A stretch of DNA of 32,000 bases from NCBI RefSeq assembly GCF_000619845.1, contig NZ_JHUX01000010.1, positions 52,292-84,291 on the forward strand, in the 5' to 3' direction. A program made the translations under genes and the position numbers. Shown here piece after piece: positions 11,333 through 20,302 of the stretch; position 1 is the first letter of the stretch; each line of letters begins with the position of its first letter. The notes beneath the pieces were generated by a model. The model made no database searches. It worked only from the letters and a program-made list of their open reading frames with translations, and was not told the DNA's origin. The DNA is from Alkanindiges illinoisensis DSM 15370. Its GTDB lineage: Bacteria; Pseudomonadota; Gammaproteobacteria; Pseudomonadales; Moraxellaceae.

Positions 11333-11956
11333 ATGTCAGCAAATCATTTTTCATCAAACGACAGCGCATCAAAGCACGTGTCATCAAGCGCGTCCCAGTT
11401 ACCGTCTCGGATTGAGCCGTTTAAGTGGGCAGAGCAAGGCTATAACTGGGCCGGTCAGGTTCCATTAAGCCGTTTTGCACGTATTGCCAGTGAAGCAACT
11501 GTACCTGCGGGTCAGCCTGATACTGACGAGCTTATGGTAAACGTTGATTGTCGCCTGTATATGGATGACTATCAGCGTGTTGCATGGCTTGATGGAACAC
11601 TGTCTGCCACAGTGCCGATGACATGCCAGCGTTGTCTGGAGCCTGTTGAGGTTCCGGTGGCAACTCAGGTACATCTGGCACTGCTGACCGATGAAAAACA
11701 GGCCGCGCGTCTGGATGAAGATGCTGATTTTGTCATTCTTAGCGAAGAGCAGGTGGTTCATGGCGTAGATGACGTCCAGACCATTGACCTGATTGAATTG
11801 CTGGAAGACGAACTCTTATTGTCGGTGCCGATTTCACCACGCCATGATGCGTGTGAAAACCAGCATCACCCTGTGGTAGAGGATGAGCCAGAACAGATCA
11901 AGCGTGATAATCCGTTTGAAGCACTGGCTAGTCTTAAAGGTAAACTGGATTCTTAA
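11333..11956 (+). CDS. yceD: YceD (DUF177) large-subunit ribosomal RNA accumulation protein
   Basis: It occupies the conserved position directly upstream of rpmF. The Cys pair CQRCLEPV and the acidic C-terminus are typical of DUF177. The N-terminus is longer than in E. coli YceD. Confidence 0.8.
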   Translation: MSANHFSSNDSASKHVSSSASQLPSRIEPFKWAEQGYNWAGQVPLSRFARIASEATVPAGQPDTDELMVNVDCRLYMDDYQRVAWLDGTLSATVPMTCQRCLEPVEVPVATQVHLALLTDEKQAARLDEDADFVILSEEQVVHGVDDVQTIDLIELLEDELLLSVPISPRHDACENQHHPVVEDEPEQIKRDNPFEALASLKGKLDS

Positions 11957-12026
11957 CATTTTTAAGTCTCCGGCCCAGATTAAAGTTATTGCCTGATCTA
12001 TTTGATCAATTGTTAAGGAGCCTCTC

Positions 12027-12212
12027 ATGGCCGTTCAGCAAAACCGTAAAAGCCGTGCTCGCCGTGACATGCGCCGTTCGCACGATGCACTTATCGCCAA
12101 CACTGTATCAGTTGATAAAACAACTGGTGAATCCCATCTGCGTCACCATGTGACCAAAGATGGTTTCTACCGTGGCCGTCAACTGTTTGCTACGCCAGCA
12201 ACAGAAGAATAA
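12027..12212 (+). CDS. rpmF: 50S ribosomal protein L32
   Basis: [22 protein letters not shown] is the canonical L32 N-terminus. AAGGAG precedes the start codon. Confidence 0.97.
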   Translation: MAVQQNRKSRARRDMRRSHDALIANTVSVDKTTGESHLRHHVTKDGFYRGRQLFATPATEE

Positions 12213-12255
12213 TTGATTCAGGGTGTGCACTTTATGCCACCGTTGATCAACCGAG

Positions 12256-12278
12256 TGGGAGCTTAGGCTCCCATTTTT
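12256..12278 (+). terminator. Rho-independent terminator or attenuator after rpmF
   Basis: TGGGAGC (12256-12262), loop TTAG, GCTCCCA (12267-12273), then a T5 run. Confidence 0.8.
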
Positions 12279-12369
12279 ATTGACTTTTTATTGATGTTGA
12301 CTTCAAGTCCTGATCTAGTTAACCGCTGAATCGGGATAACAAGACAAGAGGTCTTAAGGAATCTTGCAC

Positions 12370-13353
12370 ATGACAGCGTCCATCAGTCTCCCGAAGCTTC
12401 AGGGACATACCGCATTTGTTTTTCCGGGGCAAGGCTCACAAAAGCCTGGCATGCTGGCTGAACTGGCCGAGCAGTTTAGCCTGATCCGGCACACTTTTGA
12501 TGAAAGCAGTAATGCACTGGGTTTTGATGTCTGGCAAATCGCCCAGAGTGGCGAGCAGCTGGATCAGACTGCCTATACCCAGCCGGTATTGCTTACAGCC
12601 AGTATTGCCATTTGGCGTGTCTGGCAAGAGCTGGGTGGTGTCAGTCCTGCTGTTTTGGCCGGTCATTCGCTGGGTGAATATAGCGCGCTGGTGGCAGCAG
12701 GTAGCTTGAGCCTTAGTGATGCAGTCAAGCTGGTGCATTTGCGCGGCCAGCTTATGCAGGATGCAGTGGCTGAAGGACAGGGCGCTATGGCTGCCTTGCT
12801 CGGCAAAACTGATGATGAGGTAGAAGCCCTGTGTGCACTGGTTGCCCAGCACAGCGGACAGGTGGTAGAAGCAGCCAATTATAATGCAGCCGGGCAGGTG
12901 GTGATTGCCGGCACCAAAGATGCAGTGATGCAAGCCATTGCACAAGCCAAGGCGCAGGGTGCCAAGGCCATTGTGTTACCGGTCAGTGTGCCCTCACACT
13001 GTGCGCTCATGCAGCCTGCCGCTGAAAAACTGGCCGAGGCACTGGCCAACACCTGCTTTAATGCACCGCTTATACCTGTCGTACAGAATGTAAATGCCCA
13101 GATTGAAGCGGATGTCGACAGTATCAAGACGGCGCTCATTCAGCAGTTGTATCGTCCGGTACGCTGGACACAAAGTATGCAGATGCTGTCCAGTCTGGGT
13201 ACTGAATATGTGGTGGAATGTGGTGCAGGCAATGTGCTGGCTAATCTGGCCAAGCGTCTGCCTAGCATCAAAGCAGCGTATGCTACCGACACGCGCACCC
13301 GGCTGGAAGATGCCTTAAGCGCGATTTCTCTGGCAGAAGGAAAACTGGCATGA
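12370..13353 (+). CDS. fabD: Malonyl-CoA:ACP transacylase FabD
   Basis: The product has FVFPGQGSQ, the active-site motif GHSLGEYSAL, and the VSVPSHC motif. ATG 12370 has AAGGA 9 nt upstream; the ORF track start is a TTG at 12364. Confidence 0.93.
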   Translation: MTASISLPKLQGHTAFVFPGQGSQKPGMLAELAEQFSLIRHTFDESSNALGFDVWQIAQSGEQLDQTAYTQPVLLTASIAIWRVWQELGGVSPAVLAGHSLGEYSALVAAGSLSLSDAVKLVHLRGQLMQDAVAEGQGAMAALLGKTDDEVEALCALVAQHSGQVVEAANYNAAGQVVIAGTKDAVMQAIAQAKAQGAKAIVLPVSVPSHCALMQPAAEKLAEALANTCFNAPLIPVVQNVNAQIEADVDSIKTALIQQLYRPVRWTQSMQMLSSLGTEYVVECGAGNVLANLAKRLPSIKAAYATDTRTRLEDALSAISLAEGKLA

Positions 13354-14096
13354 GCGCAGGAAATGGGAATGGTAAAAAAGTGGCCCTAGTGACTGGCGCA
13401 ACCCGTGGCATTGGTGCTGCGATTGCAAAGCAACTGGCACAGGATGGCCTGTTTGTAGTGGGAACTGCCACTACCACAGAAGGTGCTGCGCGGATTAGTG
13501 AACAACTGGCTGGTCAGGGCGCTGGCATGGTGCTGGATGTGCGCGACAGTGCTGCTATTGACCAGTTAATCACGCAAATTGAGGCCCAGTTTGGATCGGT
13601 TGTAGTGCTGGTGAATAATGCCGGGATTACCCGTGACAATTTGCTGCTGCGCATGAGCCATGATGACTGGAGCGATATTTTATCCATTCATCTGGGGGCA
13701 GTGTTCCAGCTCTCCAAGCGTGTTCTGCGTGGTATGACTAAAATGCGCTTTGGCCGTATTATTAATATCAGCTCTGTAGTCGCACAAATGGGCAACGGCG
13801 GGCAGGCCAACTATGCCGCAGCAAAGGCTGGCATGGAAGGCTTTAGCCGTAGTCTGGCCCGTGAAATGGGTAGCCGTAATATCACCGTAAACTGTGTAGC
13901 GCCGGGTTTTATTGCTACCGACATGACTGAAGAGCTGAGTGCGGATGCCAAAGCAAAAATGCTGGCGCAAATTGCGGTAAACCGTCTGGGGGCTCCGGAA
14001 GACATTGCCTATGCGGTAAGTTTTCTGGCAAGTGAAAATTCTGGTTACATAACTGGTACGGTTTTACCCGTCAATGGCGGCTTATACATGCACTAA
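13350..14096 (+). CDS. fabG: 3-oxoacyl-ACP reductase FabG
   Basis: SDR signatures are present: the glycine-rich NAD(P)-binding motif TGATRGIG, NNAG, and the catalytic motif YAAAKAG. The start overlaps the fabD stop in an ATGA arrangement. Confidence 0.93.
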   Translation: MSAGNGNGKKVALVTGATRGIGAAIAKQLAQDGLFVVGTATTTEGAARISEQLAGQGAGMVLDVRDSAAIDQLITQIEAQFGSVVVLVNNAGITRDNLLLRMSHDDWSDILSIHLGAVFQLSKRVLRGMTKMRFGRIINISSVVAQMGNGGQANYAAAKAGMEGFSRSLAREMGSRNITVNCVAPGFIATDMTEELSADAKAKMLAQIAVNRLGAPEDIAYAVSFLASENSGYITGTVLPVNGGLYMH

Positions 14097-14183
14097 AACC
14101 ATTTTGGTTCTTTGTAATTGTCCAAGTTTAGTCTAAACTAAGCCGGTACATTTAATAACGCCACATGCATGAGGAGAATTCCT

Positions 14184-14426
14184 GTGAGCGATATCGAACA
14201 ACGCATTAAAAAAGCTGTAGCTGAACAGCTCGGTATGCGTGCTGAAGACATCAAGAATGAAGCATCTTTTATGGACGATCTGGGTGCAGATTCATTAGAT
14301 TTAGTAGAACTGGTTATGTCATTTGAAAATGACTTCGGTATTACTATTCCTGATGAAGATTCTAACGCCATTACGACTGTTCAATCTGCCATTGATTATG
14401 TCAGTGCGAAAGTAGGCGAAGCCTGA
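14184..14426 (+). CDS. acpP: Acyl carrier protein AcpP
   Basis: [16 protein letters not shown]...[14 protein letters not shown] includes the phosphopantetheine attachment motif DSL. Homologs begin at MSDIEQ/MSTIEE, so I call a GTG start at 14184, with GAGGAG 7 nt upstream. The ORF track ATG 14169 has no SD. Confidence 0.92.
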   Translation: MSDIEQRIKKAVAEQLGMRAEDIKNEASFMDDLGADSLDLVELVMSFENDFGITIPDEDSNAITTVQSAIDYVSAKVGEA

Positions 14427-14461
14427 TTTTTGCTTTGATGTATTAAAGCAAGGCTTACATT

Positions 14462-14486
14462 AAAACCGCGCCAGTCGCGGTTTTTT
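14462..14486 (+). terminator. Rho-independent terminator after acpP
   Basis: AAAACCGCG-ccagt-CGCGGTTTTTT forms a GC-rich stem followed by a T6 run. Confidence 0.85.
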
Positions 14487-14751
14487 GTTGCCTGTAAAAT
14501 GATCTTGGTTGAAAAACGATGAGTAGAAGTTTCAACATGGGATGTTAAAGATGCGGCCACGGATATATTTTAACTATAGATTCATAATAGGTTAAATTTC
14601 TGGCTAATTATTAAAGCAATACCCTAATGACTACAACGCGACTTACACACAATCCGTAGTAAAACCTTTTAGGCTGAATATTCATTAATTTTCTGCAAAA
14701 GTGCACACAGAATTCATTCAGGTTTGTGCCATAAAAGATGGAGAACACAGC

Positions 14752-15300
14752 ATGGGTATTTTTAATTTTACTAAAGGCATTGGTGAAAAACTGACGGGTC
14801 ATAAACAACAGCCCGCGCCTGCCGCCAATCCAAACACCACACATCAGGCTACACCATCTGCTGCACCTGCCGCCCCACATCAGGCCACACCGCGTCCGGC
14901 TGTGCCTGCTGAGCCTAATCCTCAGGTTATTGCCAATTTACTGCTGAATCGCATTAATGGTTTGGGTTTGGGAATTGATGGTTTAAAAGTTCATTATGAA
15001 GGCAACACTGATACCGCCGAGATTAGTGGTACTGCCAAAACGCAGGCGGACCGTGAAAAGGTCATTCTGGCAGCGGGCAATGTAGATCATGTGGCCAAAG
15101 TGGTTGACCATATTCTGGTCAGTACTCCAGCGCCGGAAAGTAAGTTTTATACGGTCAAATCCGGTGACAATTTATCCAAGATATCCAAAGAAGTGTACGG
15201 GGATGCCAATCAATACCAGAAAATCTTTGAAGCCAATCAGCCCTTGCTCAGCAGCCCTGACAAGATTTATCCAGGACAGGTATTGCGGATTCCATCCTGA
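14752..15300 (+). CDS. kbp: BON-LysM protein (Kbp/YgaU-like) with a proline-rich insertion
   Basis: MGIFNFTKGIGEKL matches the E. coli Kbp N-terminus MGLFNFVKDAGEKL. The C-terminus FYTVKSGDNLSKISKEVYGDANQYQKIFEANQPLLSSPDKIYPGQVLRIP matches the Kbp LysM domain. GGAG sits 8 nt upstream of ATG 14752. Confidence 0.88.
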   Translation: MGIFNFTKGIGEKLTGHKQQPAPAANPNTTHQATPSAAPAAPHQATPRPAVPAEPNPQVIANLLLNRINGLGLGIDGLKVHYEGNTDTAEISGTAKTQADREKVILAAGNVDHVAKVVDHILVSTPAPESKFYTVKSGDNLSKISKEVYGDANQYQKIFEANQPLLSSPDKIYPGQVLRIPS

Positions 15301-15336
15301 TTGAATATTGGCTAACACGTGTCACCTCTACAAGAA

Positions 15337-15359
15337 GTCCTGAATAGTCAGGACTTTTT
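15337..15359 (+). terminator. Rho-independent terminator after the kbp-like gene
   Basis: GTCCTGA (15337-15343), loop ATAG, TCAGGAC (15348-15354), then a T5 run. Confidence 0.75.
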
Positions 15360-15453
15360 AATTGTGGGGCTTAGGTTGAACAGACGGCTACCAGAATTTC
15401 TAGCACGTCTGTCATGTTGAATCCTATAATTCTTGAGCCATACCAGATCCAGA

Positions 15454-16059
15454 CTATGCCAAACCCAGACTGCGCCAGATTCGTGGATTCATCAGGCGCA
15501 TGGTACGTTGCAAAATATGCTGCGCTTGCTGGCGGGTCAGGCGCTCATCATTTTGGGTTAATAACTGAAGCATGATTACCGCCTGTCGCTTAAGCGCTGT
15601 ACTTGAAGTGTGTTGGATTAATCGGCCCAGCATTAGCGGAATTTGGGCACGATGTAGACCACTGGTGCTGTTTTCTAAGTGTTGAATCAATCGCCAAGCT
15701 GCTTTGTTAGCCAGTTTCTCACCAATAATTTCATTGATGACCCGTAACACGTCGGGCTGCTGATAACTGGTGTAATTTATCTCAATACTACTAACCAAGT
15801 GCTGCTGCTGAGCCAAACCAAGGTTTAGCCAGTTATTGGACAAAAATACATATAGGTCAAATGTATTTTCAGATTCAGTAGCCAGTGGGTGGGCCAGTAA
15901 CTCAAAAACAGCTTGAGTAAGCTGGTTAAAATTAATAGGCTGGGTGTAATACTGAAATTCGAGTTGATCTAATAACTGGGTAAAGGTCTCTTGCTGCTGC
16001 AAGATAAACAGTTGAGAAAGTTGATGAAGCTGCTGCTCAAAACGATGAGAAGTTTCCAT
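15454..16059 (-). CDS. Hypothetical protein, about 201 aa, Gln/Leu-rich and predicted all-helical, with no domain I recognise
   Basis: The ORF lies directly downstream of queG on the same strand and has no predicted TM segment. The start is uncertain: ATG 16059 (METSHRFEQQ...) or TTG 16119, which is 10 nt after the queG stop. Neither has a convincing SD. Confidence 0.55.
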   Translation of the reverse strand: METSHRFEQQLHQLSQLFILQQQETFTQLLDQLEFQYYTQPINFNQLTQAVFELLAHPLATESENTFDLYVFLSNNWLNLGLAQQQHLVSSIEINYTSYQQPDVLRVINEIIGEKLANKAAWRLIQHLENSTSGLHRAQIPLMLGRLIQHTSSTALKRQAVIMLQLLTQNDERLTRQQAQHILQRTMRLMNPRIWRSLGLA

Positions 16060-16129
16060 GATCAATGCAATCCGATGATTGCGATAAATGTGGAAATGAC
16101 AGTGTAGCAAAATCAGCAATGAAGAAAAA

Positions 16130-17230
16130 TTAATCAGCCTGCATTTTTAACTGCTGCTGTGTAAGCGCCCAATCCACATGTACCTGTACGACCCCATCAT
16201 GCTGGCTTTGTTGCAGCGCCGCAATAATCTGCGGGTCAAAGTCTGCATTGCCCAGACCAATCGCCACATTACGCATAAAGCCCTGATAACCCGTGCGCCG
16301 GATCGCACTGCCTTCGGTTTTGCTTAAAAATTCCTGCTCAGTCCATTGCCATAGCTCCAGCAAGGTGGCCTGATTTAGGTTATGCCGTGCCTTGAAGTCA
16401 TCTTCTCTGGAAAGCTGGGCAAAGCCATTCCACGGGCAAATCAATTGGCAATCATCGCAGCCAAACACCCGGTTGCCAATCGGCTTTCTGAATTCTTCGG
16501 GAATAATGCCCTGATACTCAATGGTCAGGTAGGCAATGCATTTGCGCGCATCCAGTCGGTAGGGCGCCACAATAGCCTGCGTGGGGCAAATATCCAGACA
16601 GGCCGAACAACTGCCGCAATGTGCAGTAGCCGGTTCATCAAAAGGTAAATCAAGACAGGTAAACAGCTCGCCCAAAAAAAAGAATGAACCGGCTTTCTTG
16701 TTAATCAGTAGCGTATGTTTGCCTGTCCAGCCAAGGCCGCTTTTTTCAGCCAGGGCTTTTTCAAAAATAGGGGCAGAGTCTGCAAAAGGCCGCGATTCAA
16801 ACGGGCCGACTTTTTCTTCAATGAGACGTGCCAGTTGCTTGAGTCGACCGCGCACCACTTTATGATAATCGCGACCACGGGCATAGCGTGCAATAATGGC
16901 TTGATTGGGTTCATGCGGTACATAGCGGTGTGGCGGTGCTTCAGCCAAATAATCCATACGCACACAAATGATGCTGCGAGTATCTGGCACCAGTAGGGTA
17001 GGATTAGCCCGTTTGTCCAGATTGGCAGCAAGATAATCCATATCGGCATGAAAGCCATCGGCAAGGTATTGCTGTAAATGCGGAATCTGGTCTTGGGTGT
17101 CTGGCCGTGCAATCCCGCAATCCGAAAAGCCAAGCTGGCGTGCCTGTGCCTTGATCCAGTCTTTTAATGCCTGTGGATTTTGCCTTAATGTTTCATCCAG
17201 CAAAGGAATAGTAGCCTTTTTGCTAGCCAT
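16130..17230 (-). CDS. queG: tRNA epoxyqueuosine(34) reductase QueG
   Basis: Two ferredoxin-type 4Fe-4S cysteine motifs are present (CGSCSACLDICP and CDDCQLICPWN) and the overall QueG layout is conserved. It is divergent from nnr, as yjeS/yjeF are in E. coli. Confidence 0.9.
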   Translation of the reverse strand: MASKKATIPLLDETLRQNPQALKDWIKAQARQLGFSDCGIARPDTQDQIPHLQQYLADGFHADMDYLAANLDKRANPTLLVPDTRSIICVRMDYLAEAPPHRYVPHEPNQAIIARYARGRDYHKVVRGRLKQLARLIEEKVGPFESRPFADSAPIFEKALAEKSGLGWTGKHTLLINKKAGSFFFLGELFTCLDLPFDEPATAHCGSCSACLDICPTQAIVAPYRLDARKCIAYLTIEYQGIIPEEFRKPIGNRVFGCDDCQLICPWNGFAQLSREDDFKARHNLNQATLLELWQWTEQEFLSKTEGSAIRRTGYQGFMRNVAIGLGNADFDPQIIAALQQSQHDGVVQVHVDWALTQQQLKMQAD

Positions 17231-17311
17231 GACAGCCCATCCATTGGTAATGGCAGAAGCAATGACAAGCGGCCTGAAAAAATGTCATGATCAAAATAGT
17301 TTAAAACCAAT

Positions 17312-17356
17312 TAGCACAATGAACAGTAGCACAATGAACAGTAGCACAATGAACAG
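17312..17356. repeat. Perfect tandem repeat, 3 copies of the 15-bp unit TAGCACAATGAACAG
   Basis: The copies are at 17312-17326, 17327-17341 and 17342-17356 and are identical. The last copy runs into the nnr SD AGGAG (17355-17359). Confidence 0.97.
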
Positions 17357-17367
17357 GAGAGTGGCAC

Positions 17368-18882
17368 ATGCGTCCAGAGGTGTTTAGCCGTGAACAGGTG
17401 CAGGCGTGGGAACAGCGCTGGTTTGCTGCCGGAAACAGCAGCTATGGTCTCATGCAGCAGGCTGCATGGCAAATGATGCCGCATATTGTGCAATATATCG
17501 ACAGTCTAAAACAAGATCAGGCAGTTCAACATCAGGCAAGCATTGGCATGTATTGCGGGGCCGGCAACAATGGCGGCGATGGCTGGCTGCTGGCGGCCTA
17601 TTTAAAGCGGGCTGGATTTAGCATCTGGGTGTATGAGGTAGAGCCGCCTCACACGGATATTGCCAAGCAAGCCAAAGCCTATGCGATAGCACAACAGGTC
17701 AGGATTTTTTATGCCCTAAGTCAGCTACCTTTTGCTGATATACAAATTGATGCGTTGTTTGGCATTGGCTTAAATCGCAAGGTGGGTGGTGCATACCAGC
17801 TTGCTATTGAACAGTTTAACCAGGGTAGTGGCTACAAGGTGGCACTGGATATTCCCAGCGGCCTTGATGCCAATAGCGGTGCCGTGCTGGGCATAGCTTG
17901 TGAGGTTAACTTGACCTTAACTGTACTGGGCTTAAAGGCAGGCCTGCTTACCGGACAGGGACCCGCGTATGCAGGTAAGGTGATTAGCCTGTCACTGATT
18001 CCACCGGATGATCAGGTGCAGGTATTGGCAAGGCTGGATCAACAAGTCCCTCAATTACCCAAACGCCGGAAAACTGGCCATAAGGGAACTTATGGGCATG
18101 TGCTGATTGTGGGTGGTGATGAAAACATGGGTGGTGCAGCGATCATGGCTGCTGAGGCTGCACTGGCTGGTGGCGCTGGTAAAGTGACCTTGCTGACTCA
18201 CGAAAAACATCATAGCGCTGTGCTTAGCCGTTGCCCTAATGTCATGACCTTAGCCATGCCAGCACTAGCGCAAATTACAGCAGAATTTGCAGCGCAGGTA
18301 AGCCAGTCTATCGACTGTATTGTGATTGGCATGGGGTTGGGGCGACATGACTGGAGCAAAGCCATCTGGCAGGCATTTTTACCTGTGCTTGAACAAGCTG
18401 AAGCAGTGAATCGTGTGGTTATTGATGCGGATGCACTGTGGCATTTATCAGCGGAGCATCTGGCCGATGAACATGATCTAAAAACCGGGTTACATCAGCA
18501 CTGGTTCCTAACGCCGCATTCTGGCGAGACAGCCCGCCTGTTAGGAACAACGATGCATGCGATAGAACAGGATCGTATTGCAGCCATTTATGCATTAAAG
18601 GAAAAATTTGGTGGCAACTGGCTGTTAAAGGGTGCTGGTAGTTTAAGCCTTGATGGGCAGGGCTTAAGTATTTGTGGTTTGGGCAATCCCGGTATGGCCA
18701 CGGCAGGTATGGGCGACATTCTGGCGGGCATGGCAGGTGGTTTACTGGCACAATTACCCAATTTGCCACTGCATGAGATTGTGACCCTACATGCCGCAGC
18801 TGGCGATATTGTGGCAAAACAAGGAGAACGTGGCTTGCAGGCGCCCCAAATGATTGAAGCCATTAAGCAAGTAGTGAATTAG
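17368..18882 (+). CDS. nnr: Bifunctional NAD(P)H-hydrate repair enzyme Nnr (epimerase plus ADP-dependent dehydratase; YjeF)
   Basis: The N-terminal YjeF_N region contains CGAGNNGGDGW. The C-terminal carbohydrate-kinase region contains GHKGTYGHVLIVGG and GNPGMATAGMGDILAG. AGGAG sits 8 nt upstream of the ATG. Confidence 0.9.
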   Translation: MRPEVFSREQVQAWEQRWFAAGNSSYGLMQQAAWQMMPHIVQYIDSLKQDQAVQHQASIGMYCGAGNNGGDGWLLAAYLKRAGFSIWVYEVEPPHTDIAKQAKAYAIAQQVRIFYALSQLPFADIQIDALFGIGLNRKVGGAYQLAIEQFNQGSGYKVALDIPSGLDANSGAVLGIACEVNLTLTVLGLKAGLLTGQGPAYAGKVISLSLIPPDDQVQVLARLDQQVPQLPKRRKTGHKGTYGHVLIVGGDENMGGAAIMAAEAALAGGAGKVTLLTHEKHHSAVLSRCPNVMTLAMPALAQITAEFAAQVSQSIDCIVIGMGLGRHDWSKAIWQAFLPVLEQAEAVNRVVIDADALWHLSAEHLADEHDLKTGLHQHWFLTPHSGETARLLGTTMHAIEQDRIAAIYALKEKFGGNWLLKGAGSLSLDGQGLSICGLGNPGMATAGMGDILAGMAGGLLAQLPNLPLHEIVTLHAAAGDIVAKQGERGLQAPQMIEAIKQVVN

Positions 18883-18921
18883 GCAGTTACAGCTACTTGC
18901 AAAGCTATTTCTAACACTACC

Positions 18922-19467
18922 CTAGCGTCGTCTCACCCCACGACTTCGGCCACGCGCCATCCCGCTGCCAATCAGGTTCATCACGGCCAGTCGGTTAAGG
19001 CTACCCGAAGTATGCGCATGGCAAATGGCACAGGCCAGCGCGTCGGCAGCATCAGCTTGTGGCTTGATACTCAGGCTTAGCAAGCGCATCACCATCATTT
19101 GCACCTGTTCCTTATCGGCAGCGCCATAGCCCACCACCGATTGCTTGATCTGGCGCGCGGTGTATTCAGCCACACTTAAATCCTGATTCACCAGTGCAGT
19201 AATTGCTGCACCGCGCGCTTGTCCCAGCTTTAGCGCAGAATCCGGGTTTTGTGCCATAAACACTTGCTCGACGGCAGCTTCAGTAGGTTTATAAAAATCT
19301 ACAATCCGGCTAATGCCATCAAAAATCCGTTTGAGGCGCTCTGGCATATCCATGGTTTCAGTGCGAATGGTACCTGCATCCACAAACAGCAGTTTGGAAC
19401 CTTCTTTTTCGACAATGCCATAACCTGTCAGGCGCGAGCCCGGGTCAATCCCGATAATTAATGGCAT
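18922..19467 (-). CDS. ruvC: Holliday junction resolvase RuvC
   Basis: [17 protein letters not shown] is the canonical RuvC N-terminus with the catalytic Asp. The product also has [21 protein letters not shown] and [13 protein letters not shown]. Confidence 0.93.
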   Translation of the reverse strand: MPLIIGIDPGSRLTGYGIVEKEGSKLLFVDAGTIRTETMDMPERLKRIFDGISRIVDFYKPTEAAVEQVFMAQNPDSALKLGQARGAAITALVNQDLSVAEYTARQIKQSVVGYGAADKEQVQMMVMRLLSLSIKPQADAADALACAICHAHTSGSLNRLAVMNLIGSGMARGRSRGVRRR

Positions 19468-19590
19468 GACGATCCTTTAAAAAACTTAATTCGCCCTTAT
19501 TTTTACACAGATTGCTGAAGAATTGCTGCACTAATCTGCTAAGGTTTGCAATAAAGCGCACACCAGTTGTTTCTATATTGGAAGAAAAAC

Positions 19591-20187
19591 ATGTTAAACC
19601 CTATATTAATTTTACTTGCCGGCATTGTGCTTGAGGTTCTGGCCTGGATTGGCGCTGCCCAGTTCATCAGTGGCTGGTGGATTTTCTTCTGGACAGTTAT
19701 TGCCTTTGTATGGGGCTTAAGTATTTTGCGCAGTAGCGTTGGTGGCATCATGCCGCAATTGCAGCAAATGCAAATGACTGGTCAATTAAGCGGTGAACCC
19801 CAGGTGCAGCAAAGTTTGCCCAAGGCACTCGCAGGGTTTCTGTTACTGCTGCCGGGCTTGATTAGTGATGTGCTGGCCCTGTTGATTTTGATTCCAGCAG
19901 TACAAAACATCGTGCGCAATGCTCTAACCAATATCATGATGAAACGCCAGAGTGCCATGATGCAAAACATGATGAAGGGCATGGGCGGCATGAACACAGG
20001 TGGTAGCTTTGGCGGCAAAAGTAGTGGCCAACCGGACATGATGGCTGAGCTGATGCGTCGTATGCAGGAAATGCAAGGGCAGGGCACATCATCTAGTGCT
20101 GGTCAGGCACATCGTCCCACCGTAATTGATGGTGAAGCCCGCCATGTTGAACCTGATGTGAAAAAAATAAAGCCTGCCAATGATTAA
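19591..20187 (+). CDS. fxsA: FxsA family inner-membrane protein
   Basis: It has N-terminal TM helices and the motif LLLLPGLISDVLALLILIP (E. coli FxsA has LLLLPGFFTDFLGLLLLLP). The C-terminal tail is Gly/Met-rich. ATG 19591 is preferred over TTG 19567. Confidence 0.75.
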   Translation: MLNPILILLAGIVLEVLAWIGAAQFISGWWIFFWTVIAFVWGLSILRSSVGGIMPQLQQMQMTGQLSGEPQVQQSLPKALAGFLLLLPGLISDVLALLILIPAVQNIVRNALTNIMMKRQSAMMQNMMKGMGGMNTGGSFGGKSSGQPDMMAELMRRMQEMQGQGTSSSAGQAHRPTVIDGEARHVEPDVKKIKPAND

Positions 20188-20302
20188 TCAGCTTTTTAAA
20201 GAGTAAGAAGCTATTAATCAGGCAGGCCAAAACTAAAAAATAACGTAAGCCGGTCTTTTAACCTTCACGGCAAGGATGCCAGACGATGTTGGGATTTAAT
20301 TA

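Noticed and set aside
11155-11415. An 86-aa ORF lies in the yciO-yceD spacer and overlaps the yceD start.
   Set aside because: It has no SD, it spans the predicted yceD promoter, it is out of frame with yceD, and its sequence is Cys/Leu-rich with no recognisable motif.
17097-17387. A 96-aa + strand ORF ends in STMNSSTMNSSTMN, which is encoded by the tandem repeat.
   Set aside because: Most of this ORF is antisense to the well-supported queG N-terminus. Only the short repeat-borne portion (17319-17387) is kept, as a speculative uORF in the findings.
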